Below, one piece after another: positions 26,648 to 35,703 of a DNA stretch of 53,667 nucleotides (the first letter of the stretch is position 1; each line of letters opens with the position of its first letter). The stretch is from Trichocoleus sp. (GTDB lineage: Bacteria; Cyanobacteriota; Cyanobacteriia; Phormidesmidales; Phormidesmidaceae). The translations under genes were made by a program, and so were the position numbers. Location of the stretch: contig DATNQE010000603.1 of assembly GCA_036702895.1 (NCBI GenBank), positions 1 to 53,667 of the forward strand, read 5' to 3'. Below the pieces are notes generated by a model that saw only the letters and a list, made by a program, of their open reading frames with translations, was not told where the DNA came from and did not search any database.

Positions 26648-28158
26648 TGGTTACAGCAGGTTTTTCTCACGGCGTTTTCACCCGCTACGTCGATAGCGTC
26701 CCCCGCCCAGTAACAGTTGTGCCGTCGGCAGTCATCGCCATTGTGGGCACGCTGCCCACCTACCGGCTGGCCACCGCTGATCGTCATCTCAACGACCCGG
26801 TGCGCGTGATTAGCGACGTGGACGACGCCCAGTTTGCAGGCCCCAAAACCAAGGGTTTCAGCATCCCAGCTGCTCTCGACGCGCTGCGCGATAACGGCGC
26901 GGGCACGGTCGAAATCGTCAACGTGTTCGATGCGGCCACCCACAAGACTCAGGCCGATGCCATCAGCTACACCTTCCCCACGACCGGGGCGATGGCCGAC
27001 AAAATCCAGCTGCAGCAGGTGAGCGGCACCTCGCCTAGCCAAGCCCCTGTTGCTGGCACGGTGGCCGAGGGCCTAACCGGCACCTTCACAGTCACCAACC
27101 AGGCTGGCAGCACGACCTATGTGCTCACCACCGACTTCACCTACGACGCCACCACCGGCATCATCACCCGTAAGAGCGGCGGTGCGATCACCAGTGGTGG
27201 CCAGGTCAAAGTCACCTACACCTATGCAGACCCCAGCAAGGTCACCAGCACCGAAATCATCGGCGCGGTCACCAACGGCGATCGCACTGGATTGCAGGCC
27301 CTCAAAGATATCTACAGCCTGCGCGGCTACCGGCCCAAAATCATCATCTGCCCTGGCTTTAGCGACCTGACCACGGTGGCTGCTGAGATGGGTGCGATCG
27401 CAAACGACCTGGAAGCTTATTTCATCCTCGACGGCGCTGTGGGTCTCACCCGTGATGAGGCTGTTGCAGGCCGAGCTGGGACATCACCGGCGGCCAACTT
27501 CGGCACGGCATCCCGGCGAGCAATTCTGGCCTATCCCCGCGTCTTCGACACCCAGGATGTGCCGCAGCTGCAGCCCTTCAGCCAATACCTGGCGGGCGTG
27601 ATGGCCAACACCGACGCCGAGCTGGGCTACTGGTGGAGCCCGTCGAACAAGCCCATTCAGGGCATCACCGGCATGGAGCGCCGCCTGACGGCTGACTTCA
27701 CCGACAGCGACAACGACGTGACGGCCCTCAACGCGGCTGGCGTCACCACCATCTACAACAATTTCGGCTCGGGCTTTTTGGTGTGGGGCAACCGCTCTGC
27801 GCTCTACCCCAGCGATACCACGCCGCTGAACTTCATCGCGGTGGGCCGCACCCTCGACATCTTCCACGAGTCGCTCCAGCGGGCCTGTCTGCCGTTTGTG
27901 GACCGGCCAATTAACAACGCCCTGATCGATGCGATCGTGGAGACCGGCAACGGTTTCATCCGCGAGCAGGTCATTTTGGGGGCGCTGCTGGAGGGCTCGA
28001 AACTCTTCTACGACAAGGCTAAGAACCCGCCCACGTCCCTGGCAGCGGGCCGCATCGTGTTCTCAATCTCAATGATGATTCCGACCCCCGCCGAAACCAT
28101 CATCTTCGAGACCACCCTCGACATCAACCTGCTCGGAAACCTGGGAGGCAATAGCTAA
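26647..28158 (+). CDS. Tail sheath protein
   Basis: FSHGV..RTGLQAL..PKIIICPGFS..GYWWSPSN..LNAAGVTT..WGNRS. Confidence 0.96.
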   Translation: MVTAGFSHGVFTRYVDSVPRPVTVVPSAVIAIVGTLPTYRLATADRHLNDPVRVISDVDDAQFAGPKTKGFSIPAALDALRDNGAGTVEIVNVFDAATHKTQADAISYTFPTTGAMADKIQLQQVSGTSPSQAPVAGTVAEGLTGTFTVTNQAGSTTYVLTTDFTYDATTGIITRKSGGAITSGGQVKVTYTYADPSKVTSTEIIGAVTNGDRTGLQALKDIYSLRGYRPKIIICPGFSDLTTVAAEMGAIANDLEAYFILDGAVGLTRDEAVAGRAGTSPAANFGTASRRAILAYPRVFDTQDVPQLQPFSQYLAGVMANTDAELGYWWSPSNKPIQGITGMERRLTADFTDSDNDVTALNAAGVTTIYNNFGSGFLVWGNRSALYPSDTTPLNFIAVGRTLDIFHESLQRACLPFVDRPINNALIDAIVETGNGFIREQVILGALLEGSKLFYDKAKNPPTSLAAGRIVFSISMMIPTPAETIIFETTLDINLLGNLGGNS

Positions 28159-28676
28159 TGGGCAAAATCTACAACTTCGATACGCTGGCCGCATGGCTCA
28201 ATGGCACCAGCCTGGCAGGCCACATCAACGAAATCGAGCTGCCCGAACTCGAATTCGATATGCGCGAGCACGAAAGCCTTGCTTTGCGCGGCACCAGCGA
28301 GTTTGCCACCCGCATGAACGCGCTCGAATGCACCATCACCTGGGCCGACTACACCCCAGAGATGGCCCGAGCGGCAGCCAACCCTTTCACCGCAATCGAC
28401 CTGCAGCTGCGGGCCAACTTTGCTGAATACTCAGCTGGCTCGAAAACGGGCGATGTGCTCCAGGTCATCAGCCTGCGGGGCCGCGTGAAAAACAACCAGC
28501 TGGGCACCTACAGCCCCGGCGAAATGGAGCGCGAAACCGTGCTGGCCGTGGACTACGTGAAAGAGGTCTGGAACGGTCAGACCATGCTGGAATTTTCGGT
28601 TGACCCGCCTGTAATGCGCGCCGGGCCGGGGTCAGTCGACTTATTTGCGGTTCTTAGGTCCAACTTAGGGTTGTAG
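28158..28676 (+). CDS. Tail tube protein (P2 FII-like)
   Basis: LAGHINEIELPEL..LECTITW; follows the sheath. Confidence 0.9.
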   Translation: MGKIYNFDTLAAWLNGTSLAGHINEIELPELEFDMREHESLALRGTSEFATRMNALECTITWADYTPEMARAAANPFTAIDLQLRANFAEYSAGSKTGDVLQVISLRGRVKNNQLGTYSPGEMERETVLAVDYVKEVWNGQTMLEFSVDPPVMRAGPGSVDLFAVLRSNLGL

Positions 28677-28685
28677 TAGGCAATT

Positions 28686-31013
28686 ATGTCTGTCGAGTCG
28701 TTGCAAATTTTGCTGGAGGCCGTAGATCAGGCCTCTGCCCCCATTCAAGCGGTGGCCGACTCGATTGAGGGCCTGACTAAGCTATCGAGCAACATGAAAT
28801 CCCTTGGCCAGGGTGTTACAGACTTTGGCCAAAACATGACTCGCAATGTCACCCTGCCTATTGTGGCGGGCTTAGGCGAAGCGGCGCGGGTTGCGATCGA
28901 ATTTGAGTCGGTGATGGCCGACCTGAACAAGGCCTACGGCTTTGAGAAAGGGTCGAGAGAAGCTTTAGAAGCTGAGCGGGTTGTTAGCAATCTCAGCATG
29001 GAGCTGGGCCAGATGCCCGCCGATGTGGCAGCTATCGGCACCGAGGCCGGTAAGCTCGGCGTTGGCTTTAAGCAGTTTGAGGAATACACCGCAATGGTTG
29101 TTGCGGGCGGCGTTGCCTTTGACATGGTAGGGCAGCAGGCCGGTGAAACCTTTGGAACGCTGGCTAACGTTCTTGGCTACTACAAAGACGGCATCGTTGA
29201 CATTCAGGGTCTGACAGCCCTGGGGGACACCATCAACTATCTGGCTGATAGTGGTGCGACCTCAGAGGCGGCCATCTCTAACGTGTTGCAAAGAGCTGGT
29301 GGTGCAACTCGCACTTTTGGCCTGGCTAACGATGAAGCTGCTGCCCTGTCGGCGGGCTTTTTGAACTTGGGCTATGCCCCTGAGGTCGTGGGAACGGCGC
29401 TGTCGGGGATGCTGCCAATGTTCCAAAACGCCACCCAGCAGAGCAGTAAGTTTCAGCAAGCGCTAGAAGACATTGGCCTACCTGCCAAAGAGTTTGAGCA
29501 ATTAATCAAACAGGATGCAGCTGGAGCGATCAACACCCTGATGGAGTCGATTGCGGCCAGCGGTGATACCAGCGTTATCTCCAAGCTGCTAGGCACCGGC
29601 TCTGATGCAGCAATGCTCACTTCAGCGGTGCAGAACCTTGAAGGCTTCCAGCGCACAATGAACAGCCTCAGCAACGTGCCAGCGGGCGGCATGATGGATA
29701 CATTCCAAAAGCGCACCGCCACTACAGAGGCTCAACTTGCAAAGCTGAGAGCAGCAACCTACATCCTGCGAAATGAGCTGGGCTCTGCCCTGCTGCCTGC
29801 CATCAACAGCATTGTGGGGGCGCTAACGCCTTTGGTACAGAAGTTTGCGGCCTTTGCCGAGGCTAACCCCGGCATTGTGAAAATTGGCATGGCGATGCTG
29901 CTGGTAGCGGCGGCTATTGGCCCCATTGCGATCGCAGTCGGCGGCGTGATCAGCACGCTCGCGGCCATTCCGGCAGCGATGGCGGGCTGGCAGGCCCTGA
30001 TGCTGATGTTTGCCTCGGGTGGAGGCATTGCAGCCGCTTTAGGGGCCGTCAAGACAATGATCATGGGCGTGCTCACCAGTGCAGCCAGCCTGGGCGGCAT
30101 CCTGCTCGGGGTGGTCTATGGGGTGTTTGCTCTCGGCGGTGCGCTGATGGGAGTGAGTATTAGTTTTGGCACTTTCATCGAGACCATCAAATTTTCGCTC
30201 ATGGAGCTGCCCGCCAACTTAGCTGCACTGCCAGCAGCGATTGGTTCGGTCTTCTCAGCGCTGTTCCAAGCAATCTCAATGGCAACACAGGCGTACTTCT
30301 CAGCAATTTCAGCCTGGGCAAGAATGGCCGTGATGGATGTCGTCCTCTCGTTCAGGATGATGGTCTCCACAATGAGCAGCATCTGGAGCCAGATTCGAGC
30401 CGTGGCAACAGCCGGAATGATGGGCGTTGTGGCATCTGTCCGTGCTGGCATTATGGGCGTTGTAGCAGCCATTCGCAGCGGCGCGGCTGCCGCCGTCGGC
30501 GCTGTGGCTGCGATGGGTGCGCAAATCGTCGCTCGCATCAATGCGATCGCATCCCAGGCCTTCGCCGCCGGCCGCAACATCGTTACGCGCATCGCAGACG
30601 GCATCAGAGCAGGCATTGGGGCGGTGCAGTCGGCAGTCAGCTCAGTGGCGGCCGCCGTGCGCTCATTCCTACCCAACTCGCCGGTGCCCACCGGCCCGCT
30701 GACTATCCTCAACAACCTGAGCAACAACCCCGGTACCAAAATCGTGGAGATGTTGGCAGCCGGTATGGCAGGCGCTGCTGGCACTCTAGGCAGCGCTATG
30801 GGCGGCGTCGGCGCGGGTGCGCTGGGCGGCCTCAATGTGCCGGTGAGCGGCGGCGGTGGGGGTGGGGGCGCTGCCCCAGTGAGCATCACGGTGCAGGTGA
30901 ATGGGGTGGCCAGCGTGGCTGAGGCCGAGGCCATTGGCGATAGCTTTGCTCAGCGGGTCAAACAGGTGCTAGGCGATGTGGAGCGGCAAAAAGCGAGGGT
31001 GAGCTATGGTTAA
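28686..31013 (+). CDS. Tape measure protein
   Basis: AIEFESVMADLNK, INYLAD, Ala/Gly-rich helical composition; C-terminal FLPNSPVPTGPL. Confidence 0.93.
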   Translation: MSVESLQILLEAVDQASAPIQAVADSIEGLTKLSSNMKSLGQGVTDFGQNMTRNVTLPIVAGLGEAARVAIEFESVMADLNKAYGFEKGSREALEAERVVSNLSMELGQMPADVAAIGTEAGKLGVGFKQFEEYTAMVVAGGVAFDMVGQQAGETFGTLANVLGYYKDGIVDIQGLTALGDTINYLADSGATSEAAISNVLQRAGGATRTFGLANDEAAALSAGFLNLGYAPEVVGTALSGMLPMFQNATQQSSKFQQALEDIGLPAKEFEQLIKQDAAGAINTLMESIAASGDTSVISKLLGTGSDAAMLTSAVQNLEGFQRTMNSLSNVPAGGMMDTFQKRTATTEAQLAKLRAATYILRNELGSALLPAINSIVGALTPLVQKFAAFAEANPGIVKIGMAMLLVAAAIGPIAIAVGGVISTLAAIPAAMAGWQALMLMFASGGGIAAALGAVKTMIMGVLTSAASLGGILLGVVYGVFALGGALMGVSISFGTFIETIKFSLMELPANLAALPAAIGSVFSALFQAISMATQAYFSAISAWARMAVMDVVLSFRMMVSTMSSIWSQIRAVATAGMMGVVASVRAGIMGVVAAIRSGAAAAVGAVAAMGAQIVARINAIASQAFAAGRNIVTRIADGIRAGIGAVQSAVSSVAAAVRSFLPNSPVPTGPLTILNNLSNNPGTKIVEMLAAGMAGAAGTLGSAMGGVGAGALGGLNVPVSGGGGGGGAAPVSITVQVNGVASVAEAEAIGDSFAQRVKQVLGDVERQKARVSYG

Positions 31014-31488
31014 CAGCGCGATTCGGCCCAACAAACAGCCAAAGCCAGGCACCAAACCCTTTGCCCTGCTCGGCGATATTGAGATCGAGGTCAGCCAGGC
31101 CCCGCGCAAGTTTTCCTACAACGAGGGCAGCGTCTACGCCGATCAGCCGCGCATTGAGGGCACTCCGAGCCTGCAGTACACCGGCGAGCATCTGCGCACC
31201 CTCGATCTGGCCTTCCGGTTCCACGCTGGCTGGTGCAGGCCCGATGAGCAGCTCAAAAAGCTGCAGATGGCCAGGCGCGATCGCAAACCCATGCTGCTAT
31301 TGCTGGGCACGGGCCGATTCAAAACCTACTACGTGATTGAGGAGATTAAGGTCACCCTCACCGACTGTTTGCCCGACGGCAACACGCTCTCGATTGAGGT
31401 CGATGTGAAGCTGTGCGAGACCACCGACAAGCCCAGGCCGACCAGTGTGAGCCAGCAGCCGAGCCCGTTTAAGAAGAGGTTGGGCTGA
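31006..31488 (+). CDS. P2 gpU-like tail protein
   Basis: FALLGDI..YADQPRIEGTPSLQYTGE.L..PMLLLLGTG. Confidence 0.88.
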   Translation: MVNSAIRPNKQPKPGTKPFALLGDIEIEVSQAPRKFSYNEGSVYADQPRIEGTPSLQYTGEHLRTLDLAFRFHAGWCRPDEQLKKLQMARRDRKPMLLLLGTGRFKTYYVIEEIKVTLTDCLPDGNTLSIEVDVKLCETTDKPRPTSVSQQPSPFKKRLG

Positions 31489-31709
31489 TGGAGGAGTACA
31501 CGAGCTACCAAACCCGCGATGGCCAGCGCTGGGATGCGATCGCTCAGGCGGTCTACGGCAGCCCATACGGCTACGAGGGCATTGTCTTTGCAAACCCTGA
31601 CTATAGGCACCTGCTGCAGCTGCCAGGCGGCGTGCTGCTGCGCATTCCGGTGGTGGCTGACACCGAGCCGACGATACCCAAAGAGCTGCTACCCCCCTGG
31701 AAGCGCTAG
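31488..31709 (+). CDS. Tail protein X (LysM-like)
   Basis: YQTRDGQRWDAIAQAVYG..ANP..LPGGVLLRIP..LPPWKR. Confidence 0.92.
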   Translation: MEEYTSYQTRDGQRWDAIAQAVYGSPYGYEGIVFANPDYRHLLQLPGGVLLRIPVVADTEPTIPKELLPPWKR

Positions 31710-31756
31710 CAAAAAGTCCCCGATCTCACAGGGTTGGGGGCTTAGCTGCGAGGTGG

Positions 31757-32101
31757 ATGGCTGTCCTTTATCCCGGTGGAGCTGCATCCTTCTTTAAAGA
31801 CCGTCGCTCTGCCAGCTCTCAAATAATCGCAATCATGGGTGCAATGGTAACTGCTGTGCTAACGCTTGCAGTTACCCTACTGATTCAGTTTTTGGCCCCT
31901 GTTTTAGCACAGTTCGCTTTTCCCCCACTAGTCGTCTCAATATCAAAGGGCTTGTCTTACTCATTGATATTTGTTTTAACCGCCCTCCAAATGAGATCCC
32001 TTTTGATGAGCCTACTTCCTAATTACATAATCAAAGAGGATCTCAAGAGGGAGGAGAGCCTTGAAGAATGGAAGAGGCAGCTATCGGGAAGGGATGATTA
32101 A
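31757..32101 (+). CDS. Small membrane protein (AT-rich moron)
   Basis: Two hydrophobic segments and a charged C-terminus; GAGG upstream. Confidence 0.55.
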   Translation: MAVLYPGGAASFFKDRRSASSQIIAIMGAMVTAVLTLAVTLLIQFLAPVLAQFAFPPLVVSISKGLSYSLIFVLTALQMRSLLMSLLPNYIIKEDLKREESLEEWKRQLSGRDD

Positions 32102-32138
32102 CCTCAGCCCCCACCAGTGAGGTCGGGGGCTGAGGTTA
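32099..32138. terminator. 14-bp stem hairpin between convergent genes
   Basis: TAACCTCAGCCCCC..GGGGGCTGAGGTTA. Confidence 0.7.
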
Positions 32139-32150
32139 CTGTTTCGTAGT

Positions 32151-32471
32151 TTAGTGGGGCAGTAGCAGCGCTGCCTCTTCCCGGCTGAGGCCTCGGCGGC
32201 TGATGGCAGCTAGCACCTCATTGAGGTAGGCCTGGCGATACTCAGGATCGTTGCAGTAGGCGGGCCGAGGGGCTCCATCTTTGCGATCGCAGTAGGCCCG
32301 CATCCGCACCAGCGCCGGGCTGAGCTGGCGGATGTCGTGAATCTGAGCACCGATGGAGCTGGCCTGCTGCTGACTCAGGATATGGCTGGCCAGCAGATCT
32401 GGGGCGTAGTGCTCCCAGTAGTGCGGTAGGGGCTCCTCAGGGAAGCGGAGGGCAGCTAGGTAGAGGGGCAT
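32151..32471 (-). CDS. Hypothetical protein
   Basis: Last gene of the minus-strand operon. Confidence 0.55.
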   Translation of the reverse strand: MPLYLAALRFPEEPLPHYWEHYAPDLLASHILSQQQASSIGAQIHDIRQLSPALVRMRAYCDRKDGAPRPAYCNDPEYRQAYLNEVLAAISRRGLSREEAALLLPH

Positions 32472-32659
32472 TGGGCGTCCGCCTCTGCTGCTAACGAAAC
32501 TGCCTGCTGGGCCTCCAGATAGTCGTCCAGGCAGCTCAGGGCCAAATCGACGTGATGCTGGGCATCGTTGAGAAGCTGGACCGAGGTGTGGGGGTAGAGG
32601 TCGCTACTGACCGTGGCCAGGCTGGCGCGGATGGCTTGGATAATTTCGGCAGTGGTCAT
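32456..32659 (-). CDS. Hypothetical protein
   Basis: Operon context. Confidence 0.55.
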   Translation of the reverse strand: MTTAEIIQAIRASLATVSSDLYPHTSVQLLNDAQHHVDLALSCLDDYLEAQQAVSLAAEADAQCPST

Positions 32660-32716
32660 GGGTTTAGGGGCTAGGTTGTGCAGAGGTGCCCCGGAAGGCC
32701 AGGGCTGGGGCTGGGC

Positions 32717-33109
32717 CTAGTTGAGCTGGCCAGAGGCTTTGCGGCCCACGGGCTCTACCTCCTGAAGCGCCTTGAAGGTGATTAGGCGCTCGTAGAGGTT
32801 GCGGCCCTCAGCGTCTTTGCCGCCGGTGGCGCGGCTGAACCACACCGCCGCGCCGAACTTGTTGTCAGGGCTGCGGCGCACGAACTGTTTGCCGCCCCAC
32901 TCGACGATGGCCGGGCCGTACTGGTCGGATTGAGTCACTAAGGCCCCAATGCTGCTCCAGTCAAAGGTTTTGAACTCGGTCAACGGCTTTTGCCAGTTCG
33001 GGGCACCGGCCTCTGGAGCCAAGCGCTCTAATGCGATCGCAATCCGCTCTAGTGCTGCGGTCTGCCGCTCCTGAACCTGTAGCCATCTCTCAAAAAATGC
33101 GTTCTCCAT
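32717..33109 (-). CDS. DdrB-like single-stranded DNA binding/annealing protein
   Basis: FDWSSIGA..RR..AAVWFSR..YERLITF parallels Deinococcus DdrB FDWSLIGA..RRR..AAIKYSR..YVTLAIF (recalled, not searched). Confidence 0.7.
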   Translation of the reverse strand: MENAFFERWLQVQERQTAALERIAIALERLAPEAGAPNWQKPLTEFKTFDWSSIGALVTQSDQYGPAIVEWGGKQFVRRSPDNKFGAAVWFSRATGGKDAEGRNLYERLITFKALQEVEPVGRKASGQLN

Positions 33110-33149
33110 TGGTCTCTCCAGGTGATGGGCGGGAAGGCCCGCCCGGCGG

Positions 33150-33437
33150 TCAAAAGGGCTGCTTATCTAGCTGGCAGAATGGGCAAACCCTAGGTGCGTT
33201 TTTCCGGCCTTTGAGCTGCCGCTCGAAGCCCCTCCCCTCCCCAGGCCAAGTGCGGGCCAGGTGAAATGCAATCCCCCGCTCTTTGGCCACGGCGCAGAAC
33301 TTGCTGCCCTGACCCTTGCGGTGCTGACTGACTCGGTGGTTGATGTTGTCTGCATAGCCTATGTAATGCCTTGCTCGGTTGGGAGTGGAGGGGTCTAGCG
33401 GCTCATCAAAGTGGAGCAGGTAGACCCCTTTGCACAT
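33150..33437 (-). CDS. GIY-YIG nuclease (stand-alone)
   Basis: GVYLLHF..HYIGY..R..QH..G.GSKF..E..LK. Confidence 0.85.
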   Translation of the reverse strand: MCKGVYLLHFDEPLDPSTPNRARHYIGYADNINHRVSQHRKGQGSKFCAVAKERGIAFHLARTWPGEGRGFERQLKGRKNAPRVCPFCQLDKQPF

Positions 33438-33441
33438 GGGC

Positions 33442-33882
33442 TTAGCCCTGCTGTGCCGCCTTGATAGAGCCTTTCAGGTAGGCCGCTGATTCGGGGTATC
33501 GAACGAACCGGCTGATCTGCATGTCGCAGTAGCCATAGCGCGCCAGCTCGTCATCGTCGAAGTAGTCAGCCCCGTCACGCGCATCGATCACCAGGTCTAC
33601 CGCCAGCACTGAGAGCTGGTCGAGCAGGGCCACGACGTCCTCGGCGGGCCGCTCCTGGGGCTGCTGCCAGGCGATGATGTCGTCAATGAAGCCGTCCATG
33701 CGGGCGCGGGCAATGCGCCCACTGCCGCGAAGATCATCCTCATCGCCGGAGGCCTTGGGCCGGGCGTTATCGGGGCAGTTAGCCCCTGGGCAAGTGGTGC
33801 CGGGGAACTGGTCGCGGTTGGATGCGATCTCGGCCTCAGGAGCCACTTCAGCGGGAACAGCGGGAGGAAGTTGATATACCAT
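33442..33882 (-). CDS. Hypothetical protein
   Basis: First gene of the minus-strand operon; GAGG upstream. Confidence 0.6.
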   Translation of the reverse strand: MVYQLPPAVPAEVAPEAEIASNRDQFPGTTCPGANCPDNARPKASGDEDDLRGSGRIARARMDGFIDDIIAWQQPQERPAEDVVALLDQLSVLAVDLVIDARDGADYFDDDELARYGYCDMQISRFVRYPESAAYLKGSIKAAQQG

Positions 33883-33992
33883 CGTTCTAGAACCTCGTGT
33901 TGGTTTTACATAAACCCCCGTTGCCGAACTTTCTCAGGGCCAGGCGTCGGGGGTTTTGTGTTGGGCAACTGCGCCCTCCACAACCACAATTA

Positions 33993-34066
33993 TGACAGCT
34001 AGCTATATAGCTGTCAACAACTAGCTAGATACCTGTTGACAGGATAGTAGTAAATTAATATCCTGT
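33993..34066. promoter_or_regulatory. Divergent promoter/operator region with three overlapping inverted repeats
   Basis: TGACAGCTA/TAGCTGTCA, GTCAACA/TGTTGAC, ACAGGATA/TATCCTGT; TTGACA present on both strands. Confidence 0.65.
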
Positions 34067-34084
34067 TGGTAACGAGTTCAGTGC

Positions 34085-34291
34085 ATGGCTGTGAAATGCA
34101 GATTGAAGGAATTTATTGAGGCTCGCGAGCTAACACAGCAAAAGTTTGCTGGTGAGACAGGGCTAAGCCCAACCACTGTGGGCCAGCTCTACCGAAACAC
34201 TTTTCAGAGGCTCGATAACGGCACTGTCGAGAAGGTTTGCCGATACTTTGGGGTCGAACTGGGGGAGATGTTCTACCTTGCCGAGGACTGA
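34085..34291 (+). CDS. XRE/Cro-C1 HTH regulator
   Basis: RLKEFIEARELTQQKFAGETGLSPTTVGQLY..KVCRYF. Confidence 0.88.
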   Translation: MAVKCRLKEFIEARELTQQKFAGETGLSPTTVGQLYRNTFQRLDNGTVEKVCRYFGVELGEMFYLAED

Positions 34292-34913
34292 TTTAACAGG
34301 CCAGCGCTTTGGGCGGCTGGTCGCAATTCAATGGTTGAGGGCTGACCCGAAACAGCACGGCTCAACCTGGCTGTGCAAGTGCGATTGTGGCAATGGCTAT
34401 GAAGCCTTTGGTCCTGCGCTGAGCAAGGGCACAATTCTCTCCTGCGGATGCCATCGCAGAGCTGTGACCACTGCCCGCAACACCACACATGGAATGGCCG
34501 GAACCCCGGAGCATAGGACTTGGAAGCGTATGAAAAGCCGCTGTCACAACCCCAACAATGCAGCCTACGACCGCTACGGTGGGCGGGGAATTGTGGTTTG
34601 CGATCGCTGGCGGGAGAGCTTCGAGAATTTCTATGCAGACATGGGGCCGCGCCCATCGGAGCAGCACTCGATAGACCGTATCAACAACGATGGGAACTAT
34701 GAGCCTGGAAACTGCCGATGGGCCACAGATAAGCAGCAGAGCCGAAACACACGGAGAAACAGGCTTTTAACCTACAACGGCGAGACCCTATTTCTCGACG
34801 AATGGGCTGAAAGACTCTCCATATCGAAACACACGCTGCAAACACGCCTATGGCGTGGGTGGTCGGTCGAAGAAGCCTTTGAAACCCCTATCCGTGGACA
34901 TTCTGACTCATGA
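34278..34913 (+). CDS. HNH homing-endonuclease-like protein
   Basis: DLTGQRFGRL..WLCKCDCG..SCGC..YGGRGI.VC.RW..SIDRINNDGNYEPGNCRWAT. Confidence 0.88.
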   Translation: MPRTDLTGQRFGRLVAIQWLRADPKQHGSTWLCKCDCGNGYEAFGPALSKGTILSCGCHRRAVTTARNTTHGMAGTPEHRTWKRMKSRCHNPNNAAYDRYGGRGIVVCDRWRESFENFYADMGPRPSEQHSIDRINNDGNYEPGNCRWATDKQQSRNTRRNRLLTYNGETLFLDEWAERLSISKHTLQTRLWRGWSVEEAFETPIRGHSDS

Positions 34914-35320
34914 CCAACCTCGACACCATCCGCGCCCTAGAGCCTGCTGCTGCCCCCGCTCCCAGCGTCAGCCTGCCGACCTCTGAACCCGTAGCCCAAG
35001 CCTGGGACGGTCGGCCTCTTTACCAGGTAGATGAGGAAGACCTTGATGCTGATGTGTTCTTCCAGTTTCAGCGCATGGCATCGCAGAATCGCAAGAACCC
35101 CGATGAAGCGATGCGCTGGCTGCTGCTGCGGCTGTTCACCATCGGAGAGAACCGCGATCGCATGACCCTCGATCACATTGGCGGTAAACCCAGCCAAAAC
35201 CCTCTCTGCATTGGCTTTAGAGCGCTAGCCAAGCTCAGCACCATTACCGGGGAATTTGTCTCGGGGATGCCCACGGGAAAGGACTCGTCCACCTCTGCCG
35301 ATTCGCTGGATGGAGTCTAG
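34910..35320 (+). CDS. Tail assembly chaperone (gpG/gpE-like, short form)
   Basis: Contains in-frame G GGA AAG slippery site; the -1 frame encodes a gpE'-like segment. Confidence 0.7.
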   Translation: MTNLDTIRALEPAAAPAPSVSLPTSEPVAQAWDGRPLYQVDEEDLDADVFFQFQRMASQNRKNPDEAMRWLLLRLFTIGENRDRMTLDHIGGKPSQNPLCIGFRALAKLSTITGEFVSGMPTGKDSSTSADSLDGV

Positions 35321-35445
35321 GCGACCTTAGAGGGCTCTCAGTGGCGGAACTGCGCTACTGGGTTGATGAGATTTTGGCAGCGCAGAAAGAGGTCACAGAG
35401 GCCGAGCAGAAGGCCCAGCGGGATGCCGAGAGAAAGCGAAAGTGA
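35275..35445 (+). CDS. -1 frameshift extension of the tail chaperone (gpGT/gpE'-like)
   Basis: GGGAAAG at 35275-35281; -1 frame reads GLVHLCRFAGWSLGDLRGLSVAELRYWVDEI..KRK to stop 35445. Confidence 0.78.
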   Translation, partial: GKGLVHLCRFAGWSLGDLRGLSVAELRYWVDEILAAQKEVTEAEQKAQRDAERKRK

Positions 35446-35458
35446 GCAACAAAGACTA

Positions 35459-35467
35459 GGGCACTCT
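35459..35467 (+). promoter_or_regulatory. Box GGGCACTCT upstream of a 38-aa ORF
   Basis: GGGCACTCTGGGGG, 32 nt before ATG 35491. Confidence 0.65.
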
Positions 35468-35490
35468 GGGGGCAGAGTTCAGGAGCCCCC

Positions 35491-35607
35491 ATGCTGATAG
35501 GTTTCATTTGGTTTGCGATCGCAGTCTCAGCCTCCACGGCCCCAGTCCTGCTATTCCTGCACACCGAGCTGCCCAATTTTTCCGATGCATCGGAAAGGGC
35601 ACTCTGA
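35491..35607 (+). CDS. 38-aa hydrophobic peptide (absent from the ORF track)
   Basis: AGGAG RBS; MLIGFIWFAIAVSASTAPVLLFLHTELPNFSDASERAL. Confidence 0.45.
   Translation: MLIGFIWFAIAVSASTAPVLLFLHTELPNFSDASERAL
35580..35595. repeat. 16-bp palindrome TTCCGATGCATCGGAA, copy 4
   Basis: Exact copy, abutting a GGGCACTCT box at 35597. Confidence 0.9.
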
Positions 35608-35670
35608 GAGCGAGTGATACCCATCCTGATGGTCGGCCCCTAGTGCTCCAACTGGGGGCTTTTTATTGAC

Positions 35671-35679
35671 GGGCACTCT
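35671..35679 (+). promoter_or_regulatory. Box GGGCACTCT upstream of gpD
   Basis: GGGCACTCTGGGGG, 33 nt before ATG 35704, after a hairpin and T run. Confidence 0.72.
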
Positions 35680-35703
35680 GGGGGCATCCCACACGCCACA
35701 GCC

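Noticed and set aside
30116-30934. Long antisense ORFs (also 21943-22719 in another frame and 18686-19354)
   Set aside because: Shadows of GC-rich real genes with no recognisable motifs
31757-32101. Holin assignment
   Set aside because: Hydrophobic but not next to a lysin, and AT-rich like a moron; function cannot be assigned
34692-34701. GGGAACTATG inside the HNH gene and GGGCACTCT at 9980-9972 inside gpV as promoter boxes
   Set aside because: Both lie in coding sequence (GNY is a conserved HNH motif) and are far from the next start; possible but unsupported
34278-34913. Group I intron around the HNH gene
   Set aside because: Flanking genes are intact and overlap the HNH ORF directly, leaving no room for a ribozyme core
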